Of a stretch of 63,688 bases of DNA, positions 36,873 to 47,152 are shown one piece after another (position 1 is the first letter of the stretch; every line of letters starts with the position of its first letter). The DNA comes from an uncultured Bacilli bacterium (lineage in GTDB: Bacteria; Bacillota_I; Bacilli_A; RFN20; CAG-449), in contig CANRDP010000002.1 in the NCBI GenBank assembly GCA_947629415.1, forward strand, positions 1 to 63,688, written 5' to 3'. The notes below the pieces were generated by a model. The model was given only the letters and a program-made list of their open reading frames with translations. It was not told where the DNA came from and made no database searches. The position numbers and the translations under genes are program-made.

Positions 36873-37479
36873 TTTCGTTCCTCCAAATCTTTTCAATCTC
36901 TTCTTTTTTTATATTTCCTTCTCTTACACAAATAAATTGTTGCTGATCCAATCGGATAATCGTTGAAGGTTTTTGGCTGCAACATAAGGTATCTTCAGCA
37001 ACAATGCCTTTTATTTCATCTTTAAATTTCGATACAATTTCAGAAAAATTCACACAAGGAATTTCTCCGGAACGATTGACACTGGTCACCAACATCGGAA
37101 CACCTAAACGATGAATTAAATCGCGTACTTCTTTAGCTCCGCTCATCCGGATTCCAATGGTTTTTTGACCTAAAGTAACCCATGGAAATGTTTCCTTTGC
37201 TTCCAAAATCAATGTGATTTCTCCGGGAAAATATTTATCCACCACTCGTAAAATTCCCGCATCACAATGTGCAAATTGCATAACCTGTTCTTTTTCGGAA
37301 ATCATCAAAGTAAAAGGTTTATCCGGTGGTCTTTTTTTGAACGCAACCAATCGGTGAAAAGCAAGTTCCGAATCAAATCGTACACCGATGCCATAAACCG
37401 TTTCTGTCGGAAAAATCAATGGTTCGTTTTCATTTAAAATATCCAAACATCTCTGATTTTGAAAATTTAAAACTTCCAT
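36850..37479 (-). CDS. tsaC: L-threonylcarbamoyladenylate synthase (YrdC/YwlC/TsaC type, single domain)
   Basis: 209 aa. IFPTETVYGIG motif, ...KKRPPDKPFTLMI..., ...SVNRSGE.... Syntenic with B. subtilis ywlC next to rpiB. Confidence 0.85.
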   Translation of the reverse strand: MEVLNFQNQRCLDILNENEPLIFPTETVYGIGVRFDSELAFHRLVAFKKRPPDKPFTLMISEKEQVMQFAHCDAGILRVVDKYFPGEITLILEAKETFPWVTLGQKTIGIRMSGAKEVRDLIHRLGVPMLVTSVNRSGEIPCVNFSEIVSKFKDEIKGIVAEDTLCCSQKPSTIIRLDQQQFICVREGNIKKEEIEKIWRNENENSSGK

Positions 37480-37505
37480 AGATTTCTCCTAGTCTTATTT
37501 CTATT

Positions 37506-37907
37506 TTAGGAAAAGAATTCAAAAAAGTAAATCTTTTCTCGTATAACATTCCCATCACATTCGTTCTTTCTTAATGTTCCCTGAATGGTATATCCTAATC
37601 CAGATCCTATGGTTAAAATGATTCTCCCGTTTTGATAATAAGGTTTAATATCCGAAGAAAAACGAAAATCTTCCAAATGCAATTTCAAAATATCCTGATG
37701 ATATCTTTCGGCATATCCAAAACAAATTTTTTCATACGTTTCTATCAATTTTTCTTTTACGGAATATAATCTCAATTCATCTTTGCTTTGATATGAATTA
37801 GCTCTGATTTGATACGTATACGTAAAGGCCACACCGTCATTATGATAAAAAGAAGTCGAAAAAAATGTCAGTAAGCAAGCACCCAATAATGTAAATTTGA
37901 CTTTCAT
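37506..37907 (-). CDS. small lipoprotein, divergent SpoIIR-like candidate
   Basis: 133 aa from ATG 37907 (RBS GGAGGTT, 5-nt spacer). Lipobox LLGA|C. QIRANSYQSKDELRLYSVKEKL resembles the SpoIIR hallmark R-I-L-ANSDS..DQ.LK..VRD. It occupies the spoIIR position between prmC and ywlC as in B. subtilis. Confidence 0.45.
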   Translation of the reverse strand: MKVKFTLLGACLLTFFSTSFYHNDGVAFTYTYQIRANSYQSKDELRLYSVKEKLIETYEKICFGYAERYHQDILKLHLEDFRFSSDIKPYYQNGRIILTIGSGLGYTIQGTLRKNECDGNVIREKIYFFEFFS

Positions 37908-37947
37908 AAGAACCTCCACTCTCATTATGGGTGAATTTCGAAAATAT

Positions 37948-38787
37948 TTACATTTCCTTTTCTTTTAATTGAATTTGACAAAATCGCTCCGATTGCGATA
38001 GGTCTTTATAAAAACGAATTTCATAATTTTTTAGATACGTTTTCGCTAATTTTTCGATATCTTCTCTTCTTGAAGGATCCATTTCCATCAAGATCGTCCC
38101 GGAAGGATTCAAGTGTTTTTCTAAATCTCGAAGAATTTTTTGATATACTTCCATGCCGTTTTGTTTTGCAAATAATGCCAAGTGAGGTTCATTCTCCAAA
38201 ACTCGTTTTTGTACTTTTTCTTTTTCTGCGATATAAGGTGGATTAGAAAGAATATAATCATATTTTTTATGTGGTATTTTTTCATACACATCCGAAAGAT
38301 AAAGGACACAATCCAAATGAAAATTTTCTTGATTTTTCTTTGCTACATCCAAAGCATCTTCAGAAATTTCCACGCCTTCGGCAACTATGTTATATTTTTC
38401 TTTCTGCAGTAACAGGATTAAAGAAAATAAAACCGCACCGCTGCCGACACCGATTTCCAATACGCTCCCGGCCTTTTTTTTTAAAATATCTTCTTTTGCT
38501 CTAACCACAAGTTCTTCGGTTTCATTTCTTGGTATCAATACCCGAGAATCCACATAAAAACGATATCCCAAAAATTCCTGATAGTGTATAAGATATTGCA
38601 ATGGAATATTTTTTAATTTTTCCCAAAGGACTTCTACTTCTTGTTCCTCGATTTCTTTTTCTTCATAAAGAAACAAATTTCCTTTTTCAATGTGACAATA
38701 TTCTTCTAGGAGCCATTGCAGCTCTTCTTTAGTTCTCTCGTCTTTTTGGGATGGCAAATGAGTTCGGTAAAAAGTGCCTAAAGTCAT
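37948..38787 (-). CDS. prmC: peptide chain release factor N5-glutamine methyltransferase
   Basis: 279 aa. SAM motif LEIGVGSGAV and the NPPY catalytic motif (ILSNPPYI). 4-nt overlap with prfA. Confidence 0.9.
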   Translation of the reverse strand: MTLGTFYRTHLPSQKDERTKEELQWLLEEYCHIEKGNLFLYEEKEIEEQEVEVLWEKLKNIPLQYLIHYQEFLGYRFYVDSRVLIPRNETEELVVRAKEDILKKKAGSVLEIGVGSGAVLFSLILLLQKEKYNIVAEGVEISEDALDVAKKNQENFHLDCVLYLSDVYEKIPHKKYDYILSNPPYIAEKEKVQKRVLENEPHLALFAKQNGMEVYQKILRDLEKHLNPSGTILMEMDPSRREDIEKLAKTYLKNYEIRFYKDLSQSERFCQIQLKEKEM

Positions 38788-39872
38788 GCTTCTTTTTCCT
38801 GCAAAGCAATTTTATCCTGTTGATCGGCATTGATAAGAGCTTCTAAAATTTCTTCTAATTCTCCTTCCATGACACGATCTAATTTTTGAATCGTAAATCC
38901 AATGCGATGATCCGTGACTCGATTCTGCGGATAATTGTATGTACGAATTTTTTCGGAACGCTCACCCGTTCCTACCTTTAAACGTCGTTCATTGCCGATT
39001 TTTTCATTTTGTTCCGCTTCTTTGGCAGCCAAAATTCTCGCTCTTAAAAGATTCATGGCAATTTCCCGATTTTGAATTTGACTACGCTCAACTTGACAAG
39101 CAACCACAATTCCCGTAGGAAGATGTGTAATCCGCACAGCCGATTCGGTTTTATTCACATTTTGACCTCCGGCACCGGAAGAACGATAGGTATCAATTTG
39201 TAAATCCGCCGGATTGATTTCTACATCTACCGCTTCGGCTTCGGGCATTACCAACACGGTTGCCGTCGAAGTATGAATTCTTCCGGAAGCTTCGGTTTTC
39301 GGAACCCTTTGAACCCGATGTGCTCCGGATTCAAATTTCAATCGAGAATAAACTCCTTCTCCTTTAATCATGAAAGAAATATTGGAAAATCCTCCCATTT
39401 CCGAAGGAGATTCATCGACAATTTGTATTTTCCATCCTTTTTTTTCTGCATAACGAACATACATACGGAATAAATCACCGGCAAAAATATTCGCTTCATC
39501 GCCACCGGCTGCCCCTCTTATTTCGCATATAACATTTTTTTCATCATTCGGATCTTTAGGAATGAGCATTTTCTTTAAACCTTGATATATTTCTTCACTT
39601 TGAATCGTTAATTCGTGAATCGTTTCTTTGGCAAATGCCACTATTTCCGGATCTTCATCGTGTTGCATAATTATTGCATCGTTTAAATCCGCAAGTGTTT
39701 TTTTATATTTTTGATATTCCGAAACAGCCTCTTCCAATTGGGCTCTTTCTTTATTTAAAGAAGTTAATTTTGCAATATCCGATCCCACATTTTCATCGGC
39801 TAGTAATTCATCAATTTCATTTTGTCTTTTTTCCATTACATCCAGACGTTCAATCATTTTATCTGTTGTCAT
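38784..39872 (-). CDS. prfA: peptide chain release factor 1
   Basis: 362 aa. The tripeptide recognition-loop region (RVQRVPKTEASGRIHTS) and the GGQ motif (SSGAGGQNVNKTESAVRITH). Confidence 0.97.
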   Translation of the reverse strand: MTTDKMIERLDVMEKRQNEIDELLADENVGSDIAKLTSLNKERAQLEEAVSEYQKYKKTLADLNDAIIMQHDEDPEIVAFAKETIHELTIQSEEIYQGLKKMLIPKDPNDEKNVICEIRGAAGGDEANIFAGDLFRMYVRYAEKKGWKIQIVDESPSEMGGFSNISFMIKGEGVYSRLKFESGAHRVQRVPKTEASGRIHTSTATVLVMPEAEAVDVEINPADLQIDTYRSSGAGGQNVNKTESAVRITHLPTGIVVACQVERSQIQNREIAMNLLRARILAAKEAEQNEKIGNERRLKVGTGERSEKIRTYNYPQNRVTDHRIGFTIQKLDRVMEGELEEILEALINADQQDKIALQEKEA

Positions 39873-40020
39873 ATAACTTCGCCTTTCTTTTTCAAAACCG
39901 ATTTCTCGTACTCGCTTATCTTACCATATTCTATAGGATAAAACCATCGTCGAAAGAAACTTTCTTGGAATAGAAGATTTTTTTTCGAAAAAAAGTTATG
40001 ATAAAAGCAGAGGTGAAAAT

Positions 40021-41130
40021 ATGCAGTATTATGATGAAGAAAAAAATCTCGTTACTTTTTCCAATTCCATATTGAAACATTTCGGAGTAAAAACATATCA
40101 TCCGTCTATTCCGGAATTCGATGAAATCTTAAAAAAAGGACAATATAAAAAAATTGTGCTTTTCCTTTTTGATGGTCTTGGAACATATATCCAAAATTTA
40201 CATTTAAAAGAAAAAGATGCGATAATCAAGAAAAGAATTTTTGAAATTACCTCTGTTTTTCCACCGACAACCGTGGCAGCAACAACAGCATTATTGTCGG
40301 CAAAATATCCGGTAGAAACCGGATGGCTCGGCTGGAATCAATATTTTCCTCAAATTGACAAAACCGTAGACATGTTCAGTGGTCGTAATAGTTTTACAAG
40401 AGAAACCATCGAACCGCATCCATCGAAAACCTACGTACCTTATACAACCATTTTTGATCGATTGAAAGAAGAAAAAGATATGGTCGCGGAAGCCGTTTAT
40501 CCGAAAGGAATTGAAAACGGAAGTGCCACAACAATGAAAGAATCTTTGAAACAAATTTCCAATCTTTTGAATACGGAAAAAGAAACATTTATTTATCATT
40601 ATTGCACCAATCCGGATCATGTTATTCATTTAAATGGCGTTCAAAATCGAAAAGTACATCGAGTAATTAAAGATCTTAATCGAAAAATTGTAAAATTCGC
40701 CAAGCAACACCAAGATACACTTATCATTGTTTTGGCCGATCATGGTTTAATCGATTGCGAAAATCTTTTCTTGGATGAACATAAAGATTTCTACGATTTA
40801 TTAATTGATGACGCTTCTTTGGATGCAAGAGCTGCCTTTTTCCGGATAAAAGATTTTCAAAACAATGCAAAAACTTTTGAAACTTTATTTCAAAAATATT
40901 ACGGAAATGATTTTATTTTATACAAAAAAGAAGAAATTTTGGAAAAGAAAATTTTTGGTTTAGGTACTCCTCATCCTCTTTTTGAAAATTTTCTCGGAGA
41001 TTATCTTGCCATTGCAAAAACAAACAAACGTATTGTTTGCCCGAAGAAAAAATTCGAACCCATGATCGGTGCTCATTCCGGGGGTACAGAAGAAGAACAA
41101 AAGATTTTCGTTTCTCTTTTGAATCGATAG
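40021..41130 (+). CDS. alkaline phosphatase superfamily protein (type I phosphodiesterase/nucleotide pyrophosphatase-like)
   Basis: 369 aa. Metal-site FLFDGLG, nucleophile region SVFPPTTVAATTALLS, and a later VLADHG motif. Confidence 0.7.
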   Translation: MQYYDEEKNLVTFSNSILKHFGVKTYHPSIPEFDEILKKGQYKKIVLFLFDGLGTYIQNLHLKEKDAIIKKRIFEITSVFPPTTVAATTALLSAKYPVETGWLGWNQYFPQIDKTVDMFSGRNSFTRETIEPHPSKTYVPYTTIFDRLKEEKDMVAEAVYPKGIENGSATTMKESLKQISNLLNTEKETFIYHYCTNPDHVIHLNGVQNRKVHRVIKDLNRKIVKFAKQHQDTLIIVLADHGLIDCENLFLDEHKDFYDLLIDDASLDARAAFFRIKDFQNNAKTFETLFQKYYGNDFILYKKEEILEKKIFGLGTPHPLFENFLGDYLAIAKTNKRIVCPKKKFEPMIGAHSGGTEEEQKIFVSLLNR

Positions 41131-41240
41131 AAAAAATCATTACTCTTTGGGATTTTCTTTTTCACTAAGTGAAAAACATGTATAATAAAAGGGAGAATTC
41201 CAAGAAAGGAGAATGATGTATTTATACATCTTGTATACTT

Positions 41241-42887
41241 ATGCCCTATAAAGCCCTTTATCGAACATATCGACCACAAACTTTTGAAGAAGTTGCCGGT
41301 CAAAAACACATTGTACAAACCTTAAAAAATGCATTAGCGGAAAATAAAATTGCTCATGCTTATCTTTTTTGCGGACCAAGAGGCACAGGAAAAACAACTT
41401 TGGCTCGACTTTTTGCTAAAGCATTAAATTGTGAAGAAGGTTTCGGTCATCAATGCAATCATTGTGAAAATTGTCTTTCCATTACGGAAGGAAATCATCC
41501 CGATGTCATTGAAATTGATGCAGCCAGTAATCGCGGTATTGATGATATAAGAAATTTAATCGATCGAGTTCGTTATGCTCCTATTCGTGGTAAATATAAA
41601 ATTTATATCATCGACGAAGTCCATATGCTCACTACGGAAGCTTTCAATGCCTTGTTAAAAACTTTAGAAGAACCTCCGGCAAATGTTGTATTCATTTTGG
41701 CAACAACCGAACCATTTAAACTGATGCCCACGATACTTTCTCGTTGCCAAAGATATGATTTTACCAAAGTTTCCGATCGAGAGTTGAGTGAAAAATTAAA
41801 TGAAATCTGCCAAAAAGAAGAAGTCGAGGTTGAAGGAAAAGCATTAAATAAAATTATCGAATTGGCTGATGGTGGCGTTCGGGATGCCTTATCCATGCTC
41901 GATCAGGCATTGGCCTATTCCGGAAAAAAATTAGAGGAACATCATGTAAATGAGATATTCGGTTTAACATCCAAAGAAGATAAACTTCGTCTTTTAAAAG
42001 CGGCTCATCAAAAAGATATAAAATCTTTAATGGAAATTAATGAGGAATTTCTTTACAAAGGAATCGACGTTCGTCGTCTTACGACGGATTTATTGGATGT
42101 TTTAAAAGATTTATTAATATATCATACGGTTCCTCATAGCGAAATGTTTAAAATAATCACTTATGAAGAAGCAAAAAATTTAAATCTTCCCGTCTCGGAA
42201 ATTAATGCAATGATTGATATTCTTCTTTCCACCATTATGCAATATCGTTTGGTTGCTTCAGCAAATTCTTTATTTGAAATTATGCTTTTGAAACTGGCTT
42301 CTTGTGAAACACAAACATCAGAAAGCAAGCCATCTTCAACATCAGAGATCAAAGTTTCCGAAGAGAAAAATATACCTTTTGAATCAAAAACCGTTTCAAA
42401 CAATCTTTTTGCTGCGGAACCTTCGGCGGTAAAACGAAAATTTTCTTTTGAAGAAATCAATGAAATTCATGAAAACGGTGCCTTAATTCAGTTTTCCGAA
42501 GAGGATTTATTGAACATTATGGTTCAAGCAAATAAACAAGAAAAACAATTTATACAAGATGCTTGGGAACAGATGAATTCCATTCCCTTTGATGAAAAAA
42601 TTTTAAAATACATCACGGCATTAAAATCTTGTTTCCCGAGAATTGTTTCCAAAGAATCCATTATATTGGAAAGTTATTATAATTCCTTGGTCAATAAAAT
42701 CAACACAAAAGAGAATCAAAAAGGTTTTCGAAGAATTTTAAATTATTTAACGGGAAGAGATTATTTGATTCTTTGTTTATCTCATGAAGCGTATCAGGAA
42801 AAAATCCGACACTTCAAAGAATTGAATCAAGTACAAAAATTACCTTCACCAAAACCAATTGATATCAATGCATATCTTGAAGATTAG
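41241..42887 (+). CDS. dnaX: DNA polymerase III subunit gamma/tau
   Basis: Starts YKALYRTYRPQTFEEVAGQ. Motifs GPRGTGKTT, Zn module CNHCENC, DEVHML, and SRC in LSRCQRYDF. Confidence 0.95.
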   Translation: MPYKALYRTYRPQTFEEVAGQKHIVQTLKNALAENKIAHAYLFCGPRGTGKTTLARLFAKALNCEEGFGHQCNHCENCLSITEGNHPDVIEIDAASNRGIDDIRNLIDRVRYAPIRGKYKIYIIDEVHMLTTEAFNALLKTLEEPPANVVFILATTEPFKLMPTILSRCQRYDFTKVSDRELSEKLNEICQKEEVEVEGKALNKIIELADGGVRDALSMLDQALAYSGKKLEEHHVNEIFGLTSKEDKLRLLKAAHQKDIKSLMEINEEFLYKGIDVRRLTTDLLDVLKDLLIYHTVPHSEMFKIITYEEAKNLNLPVSEINAMIDILLSTIMQYRLVASANSLFEIMLLKLASCETQTSESKPSSTSEIKVSEEKNIPFESKTVSNNLFAAEPSAVKRKFSFEEINEIHENGALIQFSEEDLLNIMVQANKQEKQFIQDAWEQMNSIPFDEKILKYITALKSCFPRIVSKESIILESYYNSLVNKINTKENQKGFRRILNYLTGRDYLILCLSHEAYQEKIRHFKELNQVQKLPSPKPIDINAYLED

Positions 42888-42905
42888 AAAAGGAGAAAAA
42901 ATATT

Positions 42906-43205
42906 ATGAACATGAATGCTTTAATGCAACAAGCGCAAAAAATGCAACGGGAAATGGCAAAACAACAAGCTGAATTGGAAGCTCGCCTTTTTGAATTTAC
43001 TTCCGGTGGAGCGATTCATATCTCTATCCGCGGAAACCGCAAAATCGAAAAACTGGAAATTGATAAAGATGCCATTGATCCAGAGGATAAAGAAATGCTG
43101 GAAGATATGATTAAAGTGGCTATAAACGAGGCTTTGGCCATGATTGATAAAGAATATGAAAAACTTAATTCTCGTTTAAGCGCAAATATGAGGATGCCCT
43201 TCTAA
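42906..43205 (+). CDS. ybaB: YbaB/EbfC family nucleoid-associated protein
   Basis: 99 aa. MNALMQQAQKMQREMAKQQAELE.... Conserved dnaX-ybaB-recR order. Confidence 0.9.
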   Translation: MNMNALMQQAQKMQREMAKQQAELEARLFEFTSGGAIHISIRGNRKIEKLEIDKDAIDPEDKEMLEDMIKVAINEALAMIDKEYEKLNSRLSANMRMPF

Positions 43206-43208
43206 TTT

Positions 43209-43802
43209 ATGGAATTAAAATCAATTGAAGAATTGACGGATAATCTCAATCTATTGCCGGGAATTGGGCGACGAAGTGCCGAACGCATTGCTTATCAATT
43301 ACTGGAAATGGATGAAGAAAAAGTGGCAAAAATTATTAATTCGATTGCCCAATTAAAGGAAAATGTGAAAATTTGCCCTATTTGCGGTGCTTATATGGAG
43401 CAAAATTGTCCTTTTTGCCAAGATGAAAATCGAGATAAAAATATTTTGATTGTCGTCACTTCTTTTAAAGATGCCTTAGCTTTTGAAAAATTAGGATCTT
43501 ATCATGGTCAATATCATATTTTGGGAGGAAATTTATCCGCGACTCGTGGAATCGGTGTCAAAGATATTCGAGTAGATTCTTTATTGAAAAGATTGAAAGA
43601 TTCTTCGATTCAAGAAGTTTGTTTGGCAACGGATCCTACGATTGATGGTGAAACTACGGCGCTTTATATTGCAAAACTTTTAGAGTCCTACCCTATCCAT
43701 GTATCCCGGTTGGCTTATGGCTTACCGATGGGAGGCCACCTTACTTATGCAGATGAATTAACATTATTACGTTCTTTTGAAGGAAGAAAATCATTAAAAT
43801 AG
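43209..43802 (+). CDS. recR: recombination protein RecR
   Basis: LPGIGRRSAERIAYQLL HhH motif, Cys4 zinc finger (CPICG...CPFC), and a Toprim segment. Confidence 0.95.
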   Translation: MELKSIEELTDNLNLLPGIGRRSAERIAYQLLEMDEEKVAKIINSIAQLKENVKICPICGAYMEQNCPFCQDENRDKNILIVVTSFKDALAFEKLGSYHGQYHILGGNLSATRGIGVKDIRVDSLLKRLKDSSIQEVCLATDPTIDGETTALYIAKLLESYPIHVSRLAYGLPMGGHLTYADELTLLRSFEGRKSLK

Positions 43803-43811
43803 GAGAATACG

Positions 43812-44441
43812 ATGGCACTTTTTATAACGTTTGAAGGAGGAGAAGGTTCGGGAAAATCCTCTGCTTTAGCAAAAATCGTTGAAGTTTTCAAAGAAAAAAA
43901 TATTCCTTTTATTTTGACAAGAGAACCCGGAGGTACTCCTATTGGTGAAGAAATCCGCGATATTTTATTGTCGTCACAAAATGAAAATATGGATATCCGC
44001 ACCGAAGCTCTTCTTTTTGCCGCATCAAGAAGACAACATTTGACAAAAAGAATTTGGCCTGCATTAGAAAAAAATGTCTATGTTTTATGCGATCGTTATT
44101 TGGATTCTTCCTTGGCTTATCAAGGTGCCGCACGTAAATTGGGTATTGAAACTGTCTATGAAATCAATCGATTTGCTACCGAAGATTCTTTGCCGGATTT
44201 GACTTTCTTTTTCGATATTACTCCTGAAGAGGGACTTGCTCGTATAGCGAAAAATAAAGGGAGAGAAGTAAATCGATTGGATAAAGAAACTTTGGATTTT
44301 CATCATGCCGTCTATGATGGATATATAGAATTATGTAAAAAATTTCCAAAACGTATCATAAGAATTGATGCATCTCAAGAACTGGATAAAGTCGTTTCCG
44401 ATTGTCTCATTATTTTAAAAGAAAGGATGTCGGAACTATGA
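43812..44441 (+). CDS. tmk: thymidylate kinase
   Basis: FITFEGGEGSGKSS P-loop, TREPGGT, DRYLDSSLAYQG. Confidence 0.95.
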   Translation: MALFITFEGGEGSGKSSALAKIVEVFKEKNIPFILTREPGGTPIGEEIRDILLSSQNENMDIRTEALLFAASRRQHLTKRIWPALEKNVYVLCDRYLDSSLAYQGAARKLGIETVYEINRFATEDSLPDLTFFFDITPEEGLARIAKNKGREVNRLDKETLDFHHAVYDGYIELCKKFPKRIIRIDASQELDKVVSDCLIILKERMSEL

Positions 44442-45427
44442 CTTTTCAAAATTATTTAAAAGAAAAGCAACCTTTGATATACAAAACATTTTTAAATGCA
44501 CGGGAACAAGAAAAACTCGCTCATGCCTATCTTATAAAGGGAATTCATGGTTCACCTTTATTAGAGACGGCAAAATATTTAGCCAAATCGCTTGTTTGTG
44601 CATCCGATGGTTACTTTGCTTGCGAAATGTGTGATACCTGTCATCGCTTTGATGAAAATAATTATGCGGATTTTATCTTATTGGATGCGCAAAAAGAAAC
44701 GATTCGGGTAATGGATATTGAAAATTTGGAAAAAAGATTTTCCACGAAAACAATGGAAGCTGCCGGAAAAATGATTTATATAATTCATCATGTGGAAAAC
44801 ATGAATCGAGAATCCGTGAATGCCTTATTAAAATTTTTGGAAGAACCAAAAGGAGAAATTTATGCATTCTTAACCACCGAAAATGAATCAAAAGTGCTGC
44901 CGACCATACTTTCCCGTTGTCAACATTTAAAAATGCTCCCTCCTTCAAAAGAAGATCTTCGTCAGGAAATGAAAGATCTTGAAATTGAAGAGGAAGATTT
45001 GGAATTACTTTCCGATTTTGCAAGTGATAAAAAAACTTTAAAAGAATTCAAAGAGAGTGAAAGTTATTGCAATGCCAAAGAAGTTTTATTGAAATATTTA
45101 TCCTGCATCTCCAGAGACTTAGAGGAAGGATATTATTATATACAAAAGGAAGGTATTACGAAAATTCGCAGTAAAGAAGAAGCACGATTATTTATCGATA
45201 TGTTGGGCAATTTGTTTAAAGATATGCTGAATATTTCTTATCATTTGGAGTCAAAATATCCTTTTTTCAGTGATACCCTTTTAAAAGTAAAAGATAAAAT
45301 TCATAATATAGAAGAATGTTATAAAGAAATTTTATTCACCCGTGGTCGGATTGAACTAAATGTAACCATCTCTTTAATCTTAGAACATATAGCTTATAGT
45401 ATATCCAAAGGAGGTAACAAGAAATGA
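44438..45427 (+). CDS. holB: DNA polymerase III subunit delta'
   Basis: 329 aa from ATG 44438 (ATGA overlap with tmk). LAHAYLIKG, a Cys cluster (CEMCDTC) and SRCQ in LSRCQHLKM. Confidence 0.85.
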   Translation: MTFQNYLKEKQPLIYKTFLNAREQEKLAHAYLIKGIHGSPLLETAKYLAKSLVCASDGYFACEMCDTCHRFDENNYADFILLDAQKETIRVMDIENLEKRFSTKTMEAAGKMIYIIHHVENMNRESVNALLKFLEEPKGEIYAFLTTENESKVLPTILSRCQHLKMLPPSKEDLRQEMKDLEIEEEDLELLSDFASDKKTLKEFKESESYCNAKEVLLKYLSCISRDLEEGYYYIQKEGITKIRSKEEARLFIDMLGNLFKDMLNISYHLESKYPFFSDTLLKVKDKIHNIEECYKEILFTRGRIELNVTISLILEHIAYSISKGGNKK

Positions 45428-46299
45428 GCACAGAAAAAGCAACCATATGCACCGTGAAATTTTCAACCAAAGGTAGTTTCCTTTCCTTTTTAACTACAGA
45501 TAATACTTTGCAAATAGACGATTATGTTATCGCCGAAACTCCACGTGGAATAGAACTCGGTCAAATAACTTCTGTGGGTGATCCTTATTCTCCTCAAAAA
45601 GCAGAGGGATTATCCTTTATTATAAGAAAAGCAGATACAAACGATCTCGGCATTCAAAAAAGAAATGAAGAAGATTGTAAAAAAATTATAAACATCGTTC
45701 AAAAAAATGCAGACGATTTATTATTAAAAATGAAAGTTGTTTCTTGCGAATATACTTTGGATAAATCAAAATTGATGATTACTTATCTATCGGATGAACG
45801 GGTGGATTTTCGTGAATTACTAAAAGTATTGGCTTCCTTATATCATTGTCGCATTGATCTTCGACAAATCGGTTCCCGAGACAAAGCAAAAATGGTTGGA
45901 GGTATCGGAATTTGCGGATTACCCTTATGTTGTTCTACTTTTTTAAATGAATTTGACGGAATTTCAATTACCATGGCAAAAAATCAAATGCTTGCCTTAA
46001 ATATTCCAAAACTTTCCGGTCACTGCGGGAAACTTATTTGCTGTTTAAAATATGAAGATGAAGCTTATTCCGAAGCAAAGAAAAATTTGCCTCGTGTTGG
46101 GTTAAGAGTAAAATATAATGATATGGTGTACAAAATTACCTCAATCAATATTTTAACTCAAATGATTCGTCTGGAAAATCAAGGCAACATAGAAACAATT
46201 CCTTTAAGTGCTTTGGATTCTTTGGAAATTCTTTCTCCGTCAAATAAAAATACGAAGAATGAGCATACCTCTAAGAATATAGAAAACGAAAATGAATAG
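45424..46299 (+). CDS. ricT: PSP1-domain protein (YaaT/RicT)
   Basis: 291 aa. RIDLRQIGSRDKAKMVGGIGICGLPLCCSTFL and SGHCGKLICCLKYE Cys motifs are typical of YaaT. Synteny after holB. Confidence 0.85.
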   Translation: MSTEKATICTVKFSTKGSFLSFLTTDNTLQIDDYVIAETPRGIELGQITSVGDPYSPQKAEGLSFIIRKADTNDLGIQKRNEEDCKKIINIVQKNADDLLLKMKVVSCEYTLDKSKLMITYLSDERVDFRELLKVLASLYHCRIDLRQIGSRDKAKMVGGIGICGLPLCCSTFLNEFDGISITMAKNQMLALNIPKLSGHCGKLICCLKYEDEAYSEAKKNLPRVGLRVKYNDMVYKITSINILTQMIRLENQGNIETIPLSALDSLEILSPSNKNTKNEHTSKNIENENE

Positions 46300-47152
46300 A
46301 GTTTTTAGTAACCAAAAGGACGGAGGAATCTTATATATTGTTTCCACGCCCATCGGAAATAGAAAAGAAATCACTTCCCGAGCATTGGATATTTTATCGT
46401 CCTGTGACATTATTTTTAGTGAGGACACCAGAACTACCGGTATTTTATTGAAGGAATACCAAATCAAAAAGCCAATGCTTTCTTGCCACGAACATAATGA
46501 AGCTTCGGTCACGGAAACCATGCTTTCTTATTTAAAAGAAGGTAAAAAGATTGCTCTTACTTCCGATGCAGGATATCCGGGAATTTCGGATCCGGGAGAA
46601 AAAGTCATCAAAAAAATAATTGAAAACGGCTTTCCTATCTCGGTAATCAATGGCCCTTCCGCCTTCCTTCCGGCACTCATCGGATCCGGTCTTTCAACAT
46701 GCCCTTTTTATTTTCATGGTTTCTTATCTTCCAAATCCTCGCTGAGAAAAAAAGAATTGGAAAAGTTGAAATCGTATCCGATGACCTTAATTTTTTATGA
46801 GGCGCCGCATCGTATTCAAGAAACTTTACAAGATCTTTATGATACTTTGGGAAATCGCCGTTTAACTATTGCAAGAGAATTAACGAAGATTTATGAAGAA
46901 TATATTTATACCACTTTGGAAGAAGCCAAAAAACTTCAAGATTTAAAAGGAGAATTGGTTTTGGTTTTAGAAGGACATAAAGAAGAAAATCTTCCCGATA
47001 AAAACAAAATTCTTTCCATTTTAAAATTGCGATTAAAAGAAGAGAATATTACGAAAAAAGATTTGGCAAAAGAAATCGCCGATATTTACCATTTAAGAAA
47101 AAACGAAGTCTATGAATGGATCTTGGAACTTACAAAAACTTCCGAGAATTAA
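46292..47152 (+). CDS. rsmI: 16S rRNA (cytidine1402-2'-O)-methyltransferase
   Basis: LYIVSTPIGN...EDTR...SDAGYPGISDPG...FYEAPHR motifs. Confidence 0.9.
   Translation: MNRVFSNQKDGGILYIVSTPIGNRKEITSRALDILSSCDIIFSEDTRTTGILLKEYQIKKPMLSCHEHNEASVTETMLSYLKEGKKIALTSDAGYPGISDPGEKVIKKIIENGFPISVINGPSAFLPALIGSGLSTCPFYFHGFLSSKSSLRKKELEKLKSYPMTLIFYEAPHRIQETLQDLYDTLGNRRLTIARELTKIYEEYIYTTLEEAKKLQDLKGELVLVLEGHKEENLPDKNKILSILKLRLKEENITKKDLAKEIADIYHLRKNEVYEWILELTKTSEN

Noticed and set aside
39978-39994. Perfect palindrome TTTTTTTCGAAAAAAA upstream of the alkaline-phosphatase-family gene
   Set aside because: It is a pure A/T hairpin with negligible stability in an AT-rich spacer, with no flanking features suggesting an operator or terminator.
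41131-41240. Expected SRP (4.5S/scRNA) gene upstream of dnaX, as in B. subtilis
   Set aside because: The spacer is only 110 bp and contains none of the conserved SRP domain IV sequence (GGAAG...AGCAG-type motifs). It holds only a weak hairpin and a TATAAT-like box.
41241-42887. Programmed -1 frameshift site (A AAA AAG type) in dnaX producing a gamma subunit
   Set aside because: I did not see an A-AAA-AAG heptamer with a downstream stem-loop in the relevant part of the gene. The A-runs present are followed by T or are shorter.
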